From Planctomycetota bacterium (GTDB taxonomy: Bacteria > Planctomycetota > B15-G4), in contig JBBQUR010000005.1 of NCBI GenBank assembly GCA_038212275.1, positions 138,911 through 202,910 on the forward strand: a DNA stretch of 64,000 bases, in the 5' to 3' direction. A program made the position numbers and the translations under genes. Below the pieces are notes generated by a model. The model did no database searches. It was not told the origin of the DNA and saw only the letters and a program-made list of their open reading frames with translations. Positions 1 through 9,509 of the stretch are shown piece by piece (within the stretch, counting starts at the first letter, position 1; each line of letters starts with the position of its first letter).

Positions 1-1064
1 TCACGGGGGGCGGCCTCGTCTCCGTGGACTACGGTTTCGCCGCCGGCTTCGACCGCTACACGACGGTCGATCCGGTGGCCATTCCGCCCTTCATCACCAC
101 AGGCGCGGACGGCAGCGTGCCGGATTCCGCGCAGATCCGGCAGGCGCGCGAGAACAACTCGCTGGATGACGTGGGCGCGTGGATCGCCCTCCAGGGCCGG
201 CGCCGCTGGTTCGCTTTCGTGCACACCTTCGCCACGCACGAGTACGACCCGCCCGACGAAGACCGCGTCCTGTTCGAGCGCGTGCTGGACGTCTCGCCCG
301 ACTTCAACGTGCAGGCGCGCCTGAAGCCGCAATCCGTGGCGACCGATCCGCCCACGCGCGCCGAGCTCGACCGGCTCATCGACCTCTACGATGCCACCAT
401 CCATCACGTGGACCGGCGCTTCGGCCGGTTGCTCGAGTCGCTGCGTCGCGATCACCTGCTCGATCACACGATCGTGGTGGTGACCAGTGACCACGGCGAG
501 GAATTCCTGGAGCACGGCCGCCTGCGTCACTACGGGTCGCTCTACCAGGAGCTGGTGCACGTGCCGCTGCTGATCAGCCTGCCCGGCGACGGGCCGGGCC
601 TGCGGCTGGACGTGCCGGTGAGCCAGGCGGACCTGCTGCCTACCTTGCTGGAGCTGCTGGGCGTGCCGGTGCCCGCGGGCCTGGACGGGCGCTCGCTGGC
701 CCCGCTGCTTGCCGGCGCGCCCGAGCCCGGCGCACCGACGCCGCTCTTCGGCAACCTCGACCTGCACACGCACGGCCGCTCGGCACTCCGGCAGGGCGAC
801 TGGAAGATCATCCACGCCGACACGAGTGCCTACCGGGTCGAACCGGCCCGTGCGCCGTGGGAGTTCTACAACCTCCGCAGCGACCCGCAGGAGCAGCGCG
901 ACCTGTCGGGCGAGGAACTTCCGGAGCTGGGTCGCATGCAGGGGCTCATCGGGGAGATCGAGGCCTCGCTCGCCGCGCGTCGCGGCGTCCGCCGGGCGGC
1001 GACGCCGGATGAGGAGGTCCGCCGCCGCCTCATCGAACTGGGCTACATCGAGGCGGCTCGCTGA
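1..1064 (+). CDS. Sulfatase-family (alkaline phosphatase superfamily) hydrolase, 5' end outside the window
   Basis: The frame is open from the window edge (TGGGLVSVDYGF). Motifs FVHTFATHEY, YDATIHHVD, TSDHGEEFLEHG, VPLLI, D-L-L-P-T-L, GDWKII and YNLRSDP, ending in L-GYI, are typical of sulfatase C-terminal halves. Confidence 0.85.
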   Translation, partial: TGGGLVSVDYGFAAGFDRYTTVDPVAIPPFITTGADGSVPDSAQIRQARENNSLDDVGAWIALQGRRRWFAFVHTFATHEYDPPDEDRVLFERVLDVSPDFNVQARLKPQSVATDPPTRAELDRLIDLYDATIHHVDRRFGRLLESLRRDHLLDHTIVVVTSDHGEEFLEHGRLRHYGSLYQELVHVPLLISLPGDGPGLRLDVPVSQADLLPTLLELLGVPVPAGLDGRSLAPLLAGAPEPGAPTPLFGNLDLHTHGRSALRQGDWKIIHADTSAYRVEPARAPWEFYNLRSDPQEQRDLSGEELPELGRMQGLIGEIEASLAARRGVRRAATPDEEVRRRLIELGYIEAAR

Positions 1065-1109
1065 CGCGGCGGTCCCGGGCAGCGCCACGCGAGAGACACC
1101 GCGGCATTT

Positions 1110-1838
1110 TCAGTCGCCGCGCAGCGCCTCGATGTCGTCGGTGACCAGCGCGTCCACGCCCCAGTCGCGCAGCGTCCGGGCCCGGGCCGGGTCGTTGACG
1201 GTGTAGGCCAGCAGCGGCACGCCGGCTTCGTGCGCCGCGCGCACGAAGGGCTCGCTGAGCCGGCTCTCCTCGGCGTGCAGCGAGACGCATTCCAGAGCGC
1301 CGAGGCGCTGTCGCCAGTCGTGCGGGACGGCCTCGACGAGGAGCCCGCGCAGCAGGTCCGGTGCTGCGGCCCGCGCGGCAGCCAGCGACTCCACCGAGAA
1401 GCTGGAGACCACCGGCGGCGGGAGGTGCGCCGGCCAGATGCGCGAGGCGGCCAGGGCCACGGCGCGGCCTGTCTCCTCTTCGCGACCGGGGCACGGCTTG
1501 ATCTCGATGTTCGCGCCGAGCTTCAACTTGCCGAGCAGCGTGACTGCCGCCATGAAGCTGGGCACCTTCTCGCCCGCAAACTTCTTCCCGAACCAGCTGC
1601 CGGCGTCCAGCTTCGCGAGGTCCTTCCAGCGCATGGCGGCCACCGGGCCGCTGCCATTGGTGGTGCGGTCCAGCAGCTCGTCGTGCATGAGCAGCAGCTC
1701 GCCGTCCGCCGAGAGCTTGACGTCGAACTCCACCCACGGTGCACCAAGCTCCGCCGCGCGGCGCAACGCCACCAGCGTGTTCTCGGGCGCCACCTTGCGC
1801 GCGCCACGATGTGCCAGCAGGGCGGGCAGCACGCTCAA
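1110..1838 (-). CDS. ugpQ: Glycerophosphodiester phosphodiesterase (UgpQ/GDPD family)
   Basis: AHRGARKVAPENT, VEFDVKLSADG, HDELLDRTTNG, NIEIK, SSF, YTVND, GVDALVTD. The TTG start at 1838 overlaps the upstream TGA (TTGA). Confidence 0.9.
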   Translation of the reverse strand: MSVLPALLAHRGARKVAPENTLVALRRAAELGAPWVEFDVKLSADGELLLMHDELLDRTTNGSGPVAAMRWKDLAKLDAGSWFGKKFAGEKVPSFMAAVTLLGKLKLGANIEIKPCPGREEETGRAVALAASRIWPAHLPPPVVSSFSVESLAAARAAAPDLLRGLLVEAVPHDWRQRLGALECVSLHAEESRLSEPFVRAAHEAGVPLLAYTVNDPARARTLRDWGVDALVTDDIEALRGD

Positions 1839-3022
1839 GCGCCGCCTCCGGCGACGGGGCCGGGTTTCGTCGCGGCGGTGGCGGCGGTGGCGGTGGTGGC
1901 GGTGGCCGCGTCGAGGCCGCTGCGCGCGGCAAGGGCCGCCGCATCGGGAGCCGCCTTGCGGCCGCCGCGTTCGAAGTGCCCGCTGACCTGCAGCGTCGCC
2001 GACGTGTCGAGCGCGCGTGCGACCAGCTCGCGCGCGCCGGCGCGCAGCGACTCGCTGGCCTGCACGGCGCGCACGTTGCGCTCCATGTCCTCGGCGGTCC
2101 AGCCGCGGCTGTGCGCGATGAACGGGAACTGCGGGAACGAGAAACCCAGCTCGCCGAAGAAGGTGAGCATCTGCCCGGCGACGGCCTGGATGTTGTCCTG
2201 CCCGCCCGTGATGACGAAGGCGGCGACCTTGCGCTGGATGAGCACCTTGTTGGCGATGGTCATCTGGTTCTGGATGCAGTTCATGCGCTCGACCATCTTG
2301 GTGTAGAGCGCGGAGGGCCCGCCCCAGCGGATGGGCGTCGCGACGAGCACCACGTCCGCCCAGTGCACGAGCGCCTCGTAGACCGGCGTGAGCTGGTCGT
2401 CGGCGAAGCGCTCCGTGATCGCGCACGGCCAGGTGCAGGCGCGCGCCGCCTTGCTGTAATTGCCTTCGCATTCGCGGAAGGGGAGCTCGCGCAGGCGCAG
2501 CAGCTTCGTGTCGGCGTTGAGCTCTGCCGCGGCGTGCTCCAGCGCGTGCTCCAGCAGGTGGTCGCTGGTCGAAAAGCGCGGGTTGTCCGCGGCCATCGCC
2601 GTGGTGGAAAGGCCCAGCACGCGCGGCTTGTCGTGCGGCTCGTGCACGACGGGGCGCGCCAGCGGGTGGGGCGGGTGCGGGGCCAGGGCGCGCGGCGTGG
2701 CCGGCGTCAGGTTGACCCAGACGTCGTTGCCGCGCACCTCGGCGGCGTAGCTCGGCACGGCTTCGGTGTCGTAGGGCGCCGGGCCGCGTCCGGTCTTCAC
2801 GCTGTATTCCCAGGCGTGCCACGGGCACATCACGAACTCGCCATGCACGGCGCCACCGGACAACGGACCGCCCTTGTGATTGCAGGCATCGCCGATGGCC
2901 CACGGCCGGCCTTCCAGCCAGAAGAGCGCGAGGCGCGTGCGTTCCACGGTGAGGCCGAGCGAGCCCTTGGCTTCCAGCTCGGCGCGCGAGCAGGCTTCCG
3001 TCCAGCGCTCCGTTCCCGTCAC
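1835..3022 (-). CDS. Rieske [2Fe-2S] domain fused to a flavodoxin-like (NADPH-dependent FMN reductase / iron-sulfur flavoprotein) domain
   Basis: Rieske ligands CNH...CPWH. Flavodoxin fold motifs VLGLSTT, ADVVLVATPIRWG and ITGGQDN. GTG start at 3022 follows GGGAG. Confidence 0.85.
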   Translation of the reverse strand: MTGTERWTEACSRAELEAKGSLGLTVERTRLALFWLEGRPWAIGDACNHKGGPLSGGAVHGEFVMCPWHAWEYSVKTGRGPAPYDTEAVPSYAAEVRGNDVWVNLTPATPRALAPHPPHPLARPVVHEPHDKPRVLGLSTTAMAADNPRFSTSDHLLEHALEHAAAELNADTKLLRLRELPFRECEGNYSKAARACTWPCAITERFADDQLTPVYEALVHWADVVLVATPIRWGGPSALYTKMVERMNCIQNQMTIANKVLIQRKVAAFVITGGQDNIQAVAGQMLTFFGELGFSFPQFPFIAHSRGWTAEDMERNVRAVQASESLRAGARELVARALDTSATLQVSGHFERGGRKAAPDAAALAARSGLDAATATTATAATAATKPGPVAGGGA

Positions 3023-3147
3023 CGGCGACTCCCGTGAGACTCGTCCCCGCGTGCCCTCGCCGCTGCGGCCGTTGCCGCAGGCGTCACGCGTGGCCGCGTG
3101 CGGCGAGCATAGCAGGCCGTCCGCGCCGGACTGATACCTTTGCCGCG

Positions 3148-4572
3148 ATGGGATCCGCGAGTGCAAGCGACAGTCCGGCAGCCGCGGCGGTGGCCCACTC
3201 GGCGTGGGACGAGGTCGCGGCGCTGGCGCGCCTGGCCGGGCCGGTGGTGGCCGTGCAGGTCGGCCTCTTCCTCATGGGCTTCGTGGACAGCGTGATGGTC
3301 GGGCACGTCGCGCACGACGCGGCCACGCAGCTCGCGGGCGTGGCGCTCGGCAGTCTGTTCACCTGGGGCATTCTCGCGCTGGGCATGGGCACGCTCATGG
3401 CGCTGGACCCGCTGGTGAGCCAGGCCGCCGGCGCGCGCGACGGACAGGCCATCGGCCGCGCGGTGCAGCGCGGCGCCGTGCTCGGAGCGCTGCTCACGCT
3501 GCCGGCCATCGTGCTGCTGGCTGTCGCGGGGCCGCTGCTGTCCATGCTGGGGCAGCCGCCGGCGGTCGTCGAGATCGCGGCCGCCTACGCGCACTGGGCC
3601 ATTCCCGGCGTGCCGGCCTTCTTCGGTTTCGTCGTGCTGCGCCAGACCCTGCAGGCGCTGCACCGGCTGCGGCCGATCGTGATCGTCATCGTGATCGCCA
3701 ATGCCATCAACGTGCTGCTCGACTGGGGCTTCGTGCACGGGCGCTTCGGCCTGCCGGCGCTGGGGGCGGTGGGCTGCTCGCTGGCCACCTCGCTGTGCCG
3801 CTGGATGATGTGCCTGCTGCTGCTGTGGATGGCGTGGTCGCTCGTGGGCATGCACCTGCGGCCGTTCCGGCGCGAGGCGATGGACCGCGCGGCGCTGGCC
3901 GGCATGCTGCGCCTCGGGCTGCCCATCGGCCTCATGATCATCGCGGAGGTCGCGGCCTTCGGCACGATCACGCTCTTCATGGGACACCTCGGCCCGACGC
4001 AGATGGCGGGACATCACGTCGCGCTGAACCTCGCCGCGCTGGCCTTCATGGTGCCGCTCGGGATCTCGGCCGCCGCCGCCGTGCGCGTCGGTCACGCCAT
4101 CGGCCGCGGCGATGCCTCGGGCACGCGCCGCTCCGCGACCGTCGCGCTGAGCGCCGGCGCCGGCGTGATGTGCGTGTCCGCGCTGCTCTTCGTGCTCATC
4201 CCGGAGCGCCTCGCCGCGGTCTACACGGCCGACGCGGGCGTGCTGGCCATGGCCGCGACGCTGCTGCCCATCGCGGCGATGTTCCAGGTGGCCGACGGCG
4301 TGCAGATCGTGGCCAACGGCGTGCTGCGCGGCTCCGGTGACACGCGCACGCCGATGGTGGTCTACATGCTGGGCTACTGGCTTTTCGGCCTGCCGCTCGC
4401 GCTGTGGCTGGCCTTCGGCTGGGGCCTCGGACCCGCGGGACTGTGGTGGGGCCTCGTCGCGGCGCTGTCGCTCGTGGCCATCGTGCTCATCGTGCGCGTG
4501 CGCAAGCGGCTCGCGCAGCCGGTGGCGCGGCTGAGCGTGGAGAGCCAGCGCCCGCACGCCGCGGAGAGCTGA
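3148..4572 (+). CDS. MATE family efflux transporter (NorM-like)
   Basis: MGFVDSVMVGH, LAGVALG, SQAAGA, LGLPIG, VRVGHAIG, DGVQIVANGVLRGSGDT and GLWWGL, with about 12 hydrophobic segments. Confidence 0.92.
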   Translation: MGSASASDSPAAAAVAHSAWDEVAALARLAGPVVAVQVGLFLMGFVDSVMVGHVAHDAATQLAGVALGSLFTWGILALGMGTLMALDPLVSQAAGARDGQAIGRAVQRGAVLGALLTLPAIVLLAVAGPLLSMLGQPPAVVEIAAAYAHWAIPGVPAFFGFVVLRQTLQALHRLRPIVIVIVIANAINVLLDWGFVHGRFGLPALGAVGCSLATSLCRWMMCLLLLWMAWSLVGMHLRPFRREAMDRAALAGMLRLGLPIGLMIIAEVAAFGTITLFMGHLGPTQMAGHHVALNLAALAFMVPLGISAAAAVRVGHAIGRGDASGTRRSATVALSAGAGVMCVSALLFVLIPERLAAVYTADAGVLAMAATLLPIAAMFQVADGVQIVANGVLRGSGDTRTPMVVYMLGYWLFGLPLALWLAFGWGLGPAGLWWGLVAALSLVAIVLIVRVRKRLAQPVARLSVESQRPHAAES

Positions 4573-4640
4573 CGCCACCCGATCATCGTGCCGCTGCGAC
4601 GGCGTGCGGTGCTGACCGGAGAGCGCATACCATTCCCGCC

Positions 4641-6644
4641 ATGCACGACGCGCCTTGTTCGACTCCGTCCGCAGCGCGCCGAGCCGTGGCGCGCCGATGC
4701 GTGGCGCGCCGATGCGTGGCGCGCAGGCCGGGCCCGCTTTCCTCCGCGCGGTCCGGTCCGCTGCGCGCACTGCGGGACATCATGCTCGTCGCCGCGTGGT
4801 GCGCGTTCGTGGCGACAGCATGCACGCCGTCGCCTCCGCCGCCGATGACACCACTGTCGCCGCCGCCTTCGTCGCCGCCGCTGCGCATTCATGACGTGCA
4901 GGGAGCGGCTCATCGCTCGCCGCTGGCCGGGCAGCGAGTTCAGGACGTGCGCGGCATCGTCACCGCGGTGCACAAGTCCGCCTTCACGATGCAGGAGCCG
5001 GACGCCGGCGCGGATGACCGCCCGGAGACCTCCGAGGGAGTGCTCGTCTACCTCGGCGCCGCGCCGTCGGTGAAGGTGGGCGATGCGGTGTCGGTGTCGG
5101 GCACGGTGATCGAGTACCGGCCCGACGACCGCGCCGACCAACTCTGCGTCACGGAGCTGGCCGAGTCGCCGCAGGTCACGCTGCTCGCGCACGGCCAGCC
5201 GCTGCCGGCGCCGGTGATTCTCGGTCGCGCCGGCCGCGTGCCGCCCGCCGCCGTCTTCTGCGACGACGCGCCCGACGGCGACGTCGACCTCGGCGGCCCC
5301 TTCGATCCGGACTCGGACGGCCTGGACTTCTTCGAAAGCCTCGAGGGCATGCGCGTCGCCGTGCAGGATGCGGTGGCGATCGGGCCGACGAGCGCGCGCC
5401 ACGAGCTCTGGGTGCTGGGCGACGGCGGCGCGCTGGCCAGCGGCCGCAACGCGCGCGGCGGCCTGACCTCCGGCGTCGACGACGGCAATCCCGAGCGCCT
5501 GCTGCTCGACTCGAGCCTCAAGCGCCTGCCCGATGTCGCTGTCGGCGCGCGCTTCCCGGGCCCGCTCGTCGGCGTGCTCGGTCATGCCTTCGGCAACTTC
5601 CGCATCGCGGTGCAGGAGCTGCCCGCTGCAGAGGGCGGCGTGTCACCCGACGGCAACGAGCCGCCCGCGCGCGACGGCGAACTGCTCGTCGCGTCGTTCA
5701 ACCTGCTCAATCTGTCGGCGCGTACGGAGCCCGCGCGCGTCGCCGCCCTCGCAAGGCAGATCGTCAACGGTCTCGGTGCGCCCGACGTGCTGGGCCTGCA
5801 GGAGATTCAGGACGACAGCGGCCCCGCGAACGACGGCACGACCTCTGCGGCAACCACCGTGGCGCGGCTCGTTGCGGCCATCGTGGCGGCGGGCGGTCCG
5901 TCCTATCGCGGCGTGGACATCGCGCCGCTCGACGGGCTGGACGGCGGACAACCCGGCGCGAACATCCGCCCCGTGCTGCTGTACCGCACCGATCGCGGCC
6001 TGCAGTTCGTGCAGCGCGGCGCGGCCGGCGCCCGTGACGCGACGACTGTCGAACGCGATGCCGCCGGTGTCGTGCGGCTCTCGCGCAGTCCCGGTCTCGT
6101 CGCACCGCTCGATCCGGCCTTCGCGCACAGCCGCAAGCCGCTCGTGGCCGAGTTTGCGTGGGCCGGCCGCCCGCTCTTCCTCGTGGTGAATCACTGGAAC
6201 AGCAAGAGCGGCGACCAGTCGCTTGCCGGCCGGCACCAGCCGCCGGTGCGCGGCAGCGACGCACAACGCGTGAGCCAGGCGCGCGCCGTGCGCAGCTTCG
6301 TCGACGCGCTGCTCGCCGCGGATGCCGACGCCGATCTCGTCGTGCTCGGCGACCTGAACGACGTCCCCGGATCCGCGCCGCTGGCCGTGCTCACGGCCGG
6401 AACGGCCGGCCGCGCAGGCCTCACGGATCTCGCCGACGGCCTGCCCGCGGCAGAGCGCTACACCTATGTGCACGAAGGCAACAGCCAGCAACTCGATCAC
6501 ATCCTGCTCAGCCCGCATCTTCTGCGTGCGCGCCCGACGGACCTGCCGGCTTTCCGCTGCGTGCACCTGAATGCGGAGTTCCACGCGCCGCCCAGCGATC
6601 ACGACCCCTGCGTCGCGCGGCTGCACCCCGCCGCGACGCGCTGA
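4641..6644 (+). CDS. Extracellular endonuclease/exonuclease/phosphatase family nuclease (ExeM/YhcR-like OB fold plus EEP domain)
   Basis: IHDVQG...SPLAGQRV..VRGIVTA (OB fold), ESLEGMRV, SFNLLN, GLQEIQD, NHWNSK, GDLND, LDHIL, SDHDP. Possible lipobox VATAC. Start chosen from the TACCAT box 7 nt upstream; an alternative ATG lies at 4782. Confidence 0.85.
   Translation: MHDAPCSTPSAARRAVARRCVARRCVARRPGPLSSARSGPLRALRDIMLVAAWCAFVATACTPSPPPPMTPLSPPPSSPPLRIHDVQGAAHRSPLAGQRVQDVRGIVTAVHKSAFTMQEPDAGADDRPETSEGVLVYLGAAPSVKVGDAVSVSGTVIEYRPDDRADQLCVTELAESPQVTLLAHGQPLPAPVILGRAGRVPPAAVFCDDAPDGDVDLGGPFDPDSDGLDFFESLEGMRVAVQDAVAIGPTSARHELWVLGDGGALASGRNARGGLTSGVDDGNPERLLLDSSLKRLPDVAVGARFPGPLVGVLGHAFGNFRIAVQELPAAEGGVSPDGNEPPARDGELLVASFNLLNLSARTEPARVAALARQIVNGLGAPDVLGLQEIQDDSGPANDGTTSAATTVARLVAAIVAAGGPSYRGVDIAPLDGLDGGQPGANIRPVLLYRTDRGLQFVQRGAAGARDATTVERDAAGVVRLSRSPGLVAPLDPAFAHSRKPLVAEFAWAGRPLFLVVNHWNSKSGDQSLAGRHQPPVRGSDAQRVSQARAVRSFVDALLAADADADLVVLGDLNDVPGSAPLAVLTAGTAGRAGLTDLADGLPAAERYTYVHEGNSQQLDHILLSPHLLRARPTDLPAFRCVHLNAEFHAPPSDHDPCVARLHPAATR
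4683..4724. repeat. 15-bp tandem repeat (GCGTGGCGCGCCGAT), about 3 copies, encoding VARRC
   Basis: Read directly: gccgtggcgcgccgat gcgtggcgcgccgat gcgtggcgcgc. Confidence 0.85.
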
Positions 6645-6735
6645 CGCACCGCCGGCGCGCTCGGTGCAACCGGCACGAATGCCTCGACAGATGCGACTGG
6701 CGCGCGCGGGCGCGTGGCAGTACACCTTGCGCCGC

Positions 6736-7962
6736 ATGCCCGGAGCTGCCCGACACCAATCCGCTTCGCCCGGACGCGCGCACGGCGCTCGACGGGCGCA
6801 TCGTGTCTTCGCGTGGTTGCCGTGTCTCGCTGCGGCCGCGACGTTCGCGCCAGGCGCGGAGGTTGCGCTGCGCGTGCCCGCCGTGCAGGTCGCTGGACAG
6901 GTTGTCGCCCCGATCGTCGCGCCAGTCGTCGCGCCAGTCGTCGCGCCAGTTGTCGCGCCGCGAGACGCGGCAGCGGCGCAAGCTTCGGGGGCCGCGCCGG
7001 TGGAACTTCCCGCCGCTGCGCTGGAGGCCGTCGCGATCGTGTCGAGCCGCCACTTGCGTCGCAAGGGGCACATGCTGGCGGTGCCCGTGGAGCGCTATCT
7101 CGCCGGACGCGGTCCCGAAGAGCTCTACGTCGAAGACGCGACCAGCGATCCGGTCGTGCTGGGCGGCGAGGATGACAACGCGTGGATCCTCTTCCTGTTC
7201 ACGTCGCCGCGGGGCATGCGGGTGGCGGTCGCCCTGCGCGACACCGTGGTGACGCTGGCGCCCGACGGGACGATCAGCAGCGCGTTCCCGCCGCGGACGT
7301 CCGAGTCGCTCATCGATCTCGTGCTGTCGCTGCGGACGTGCCGGCATGGCAACGGCGCGGCGCCCGCGCACGCGCTCGTGCAGTCCTTGCTTGCGGAGCG
7401 CGACGCGGACCTGCGCCTGGTCGGCCTGCAGCTCGCGGGTTCGAGCCTGAGGCATGAGCCGCAACCGTGGGCCGACGCGGCGGAGACGGGTGGCGCGCAC
7501 GCGCTGGCGGCACTGGTCGACGAACAGCCGCTGGTGCGAAGCGCGGCGCGGGCGCTGCTGCCGGCCGTGCCGCCTGCCGTGGCGCTGCGTCGGCTGGAGG
7601 TCCTGCTCGCGACGGTGCAGCGACCCGAGGTGTGCGCCGAACTGCTCGCTGCGGCGGTCGCGCTGCTCGACACCGCCATCGGGCCGGCTGAGCCTGCCGA
7701 GGGCACACTCACCACCGTCGCCGCCGTGCGCGCCCGACTGGCGCAGCGCGTCGCCTCGGAGCTGGAGCGCGACGCGTCGACGGTGAGCGCGGCGCTTTCG
7801 GGCCCGGATGCCGCGCGGCGGGAGCTCGGCGCGCGCTGGGTGGCCGCCCTCGTCGCGGACGGCGAGGACCTGCCGACGCTCGCTCCGGAGGACGCCGGCG
7901 CACGGCTGGAGTCCTGGCTCGCGGCGCAGCGCTCGCTACCAGCGGGTCTGTCGCAGCGGTGA
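6736..7962 (+). CDS. Hypothetical exported protein with VVAP repeats and a helical (HEAT-like) C-terminal part
   Basis: Long ORF with a hydrophobic leader, (VVAP)x5 and an Ala/Leu-rich helical region (LVDEQPLVRSAARALL). Start uncertain. Confidence 0.6.
   Translation: MPGAARHQSASPGRAHGARRAHRVFAWLPCLAAAATFAPGAEVALRVPAVQVAGQVVAPIVAPVVAPVVAPVVAPRDAAAAQASGAAPVELPAAALEAVAIVSSRHLRRKGHMLAVPVERYLAGRGPEELYVEDATSDPVVLGGEDDNAWILFLFTSPRGMRVAVALRDTVVTLAPDGTISSAFPPRTSESLIDLVLSLRTCRHGNGAAPAHALVQSLLAERDADLRLVGLQLAGSSLRHEPQPWADAAETGGAHALAALVDEQPLVRSAARALLPAVPPAVALRRLEVLLATVQRPEVCAELLAAAVALLDTAIGPAEPAEGTLTTVAAVRARLAQRVASELERDASTVSAALSGPDAARRELGARWVAALVADGEDLPTLAPEDAGARLESWLAAQRSLPAGLSQR
6901..6960. repeat. 12-bp coding tandem repeat (GTCGTCGCGCCA), 5 copies
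   Basis: Read directly; encodes VVAP/IVAP. Confidence 0.85.
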
Positions 7963-8027
7963 CGAGGCGCGTGCGCGCCAGCGCCCCGTGGCGCACGCGC
8001 CGTCGCGCCGCGTAACCTGTCGCTCCG

Positions 8028-9509
8028 ATGCAGCGCCTCCGGCTCAGGACCTTCGTGGACGTGCGCCCCGGCGAGGTTGGCGCACTGCTGCTCTCCTTCG
8101 CGTACTTCTTCTTCCTGTTGTGCGGCTACTACATCCTGCGGCCGCTGCGCGACGCGTGGGGCATCGAGGGCGGCACCGACAAGCTGCAGTGGTTGTTCAT
8201 CGCCACCTTCCTCACGATGCTCGTGGTGAATCCGCTCTACAGCGCGGTCGTCACGCGCGGCAGCCGTCGGCGCATCGTGCCCCATGTCTACCGCTTCTTT
8301 GCGCTGAACCTCGTCGGCTTCTACGTGCTGCTGCAACTCGACGTGGACCGCATCCACGTGGGCTACGCCTATTTCGTCTGGGTCTCCGTCTTCAACGTCT
8401 TCGTCGTGGCCATCTTCTGGAGCTTCATGGCCGACCTGTTCAGCAATGAACAGGGGCGGCGGATGTTCAGCTTCATCGCGATGGGCGGCACGCTGGGCGC
8501 GCTGACCGGCCCGCTCATCACGAAGTTCCTGGCGCTGGAACTGGGCACGGCCAATCTGCTGCTGCTCTCGGCCGTGCTGCTCGAGGTCTGCACGCAGTGC
8601 GTCGGCTGGTTGTTGCGCCACTGCGACGCGCAGCCCGCCATGCAGGCCGGCGATGCGGCCACGAGCGCAGGCGACGCGGCCAGGAGCGGCGGCGACGCGG
8701 CTGCCGGGGCCGGCGCTCAGCGTGCTGCGAATCGCGCCACGAATCGCGCCACGAATCGCGCCGGCGGTGCAGACGATCGCGTCGGCGGGAGCATTCTCGG
8801 CGGCATCCGGCTCGTGTTCGAGGACCCGTACATGCTGGGTGTCGCGGCGCAGATCCTCTGCCTGACGACGACGGCGACGTTTCTGTACCTGCTGCAGGCG
8901 CGCCTCGTCGCGGAGACCGTGGAGGGTACGGCGGCGCGCACGGCGGCCTTCGCGAACATCGACCTCGTCGTGAACTCGCTCGAGATCGGGCTGCAGCTGT
9001 GCGTCACCGCGCCGCTCATCCGGCGCGCCGGACTGGCCAACGCGCTGCGCGTGCTGCCGTTCGTCACGGGGGTCGGCTCCCTGGTGCTCGCCGCGCAGCC
9101 CACGGTGCTCGTGCTCACCGTCTTCCAGGGCATCCGGCGCGCCGTGCAGTACGCGGTCTACCGGCCGGCGCGCGAGCTGCTCTTCACCGTCGTCGGCCGC
9201 GAGCGCAAGTACGCCACCAAGGGCTTCATCGACACCGCCGTGTATCGCGGCGGCGACATGGTCTCCGCGCAGGCTTTCGCCGGCCTCGAGTTCCTCGGAC
9301 TCAAGACGGCAGGGCTCGCGCTGGCCGGCCTGCCCATCGTCGGCGGCTGGTGGATGCTCTCCGGCTTTCTCGCCCGACGCCAGCAGGAACTCGCGCTGGC
9401 ACAGTCGGCTGCGGTGAATCCACCGCTCGCGTGCGCACCGGACGCCGCCTCAGCTCTCGACACATCTCTCCATCCTCCGACGCCTCCGGCGAAAGGTCCC
9501 GCTGCATGA
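8028..9509 (+). CDS. MFS-fold transporter of the NTP/NDP exchange (AAA/TLC, Npt-like) family
   Basis: YYILRPLRD, YFVWVSVFNVFVVAIFWSFMADLFSNEQGRRMF, RPARELLFTVV...KY.TKGFIDTAVYRGGD. Many TM segments. Confidence 0.8.
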   Translation: MQRLRLRTFVDVRPGEVGALLLSFAYFFFLLCGYYILRPLRDAWGIEGGTDKLQWLFIATFLTMLVVNPLYSAVVTRGSRRRIVPHVYRFFALNLVGFYVLLQLDVDRIHVGYAYFVWVSVFNVFVVAIFWSFMADLFSNEQGRRMFSFIAMGGTLGALTGPLITKFLALELGTANLLLLSAVLLEVCTQCVGWLLRHCDAQPAMQAGDAATSAGDAARSGGDAAAGAGAQRAANRATNRATNRAGGADDRVGGSILGGIRLVFEDPYMLGVAAQILCLTTTATFLYLLQARLVAETVEGTAARTAAFANIDLVVNSLEIGLQLCVTAPLIRRAGLANALRVLPFVTGVGSLVLAAQPTVLVLTVFQGIRRAVQYAVYRPARELLFTVVGRERKYATKGFIDTAVYRGGDMVSAQAFAGLEFLGLKTAGLALAGLPIVGGWWMLSGFLARRQQELALAQSAAVNPPLACAPDAASALDTSLHPPTPPAKGPAA

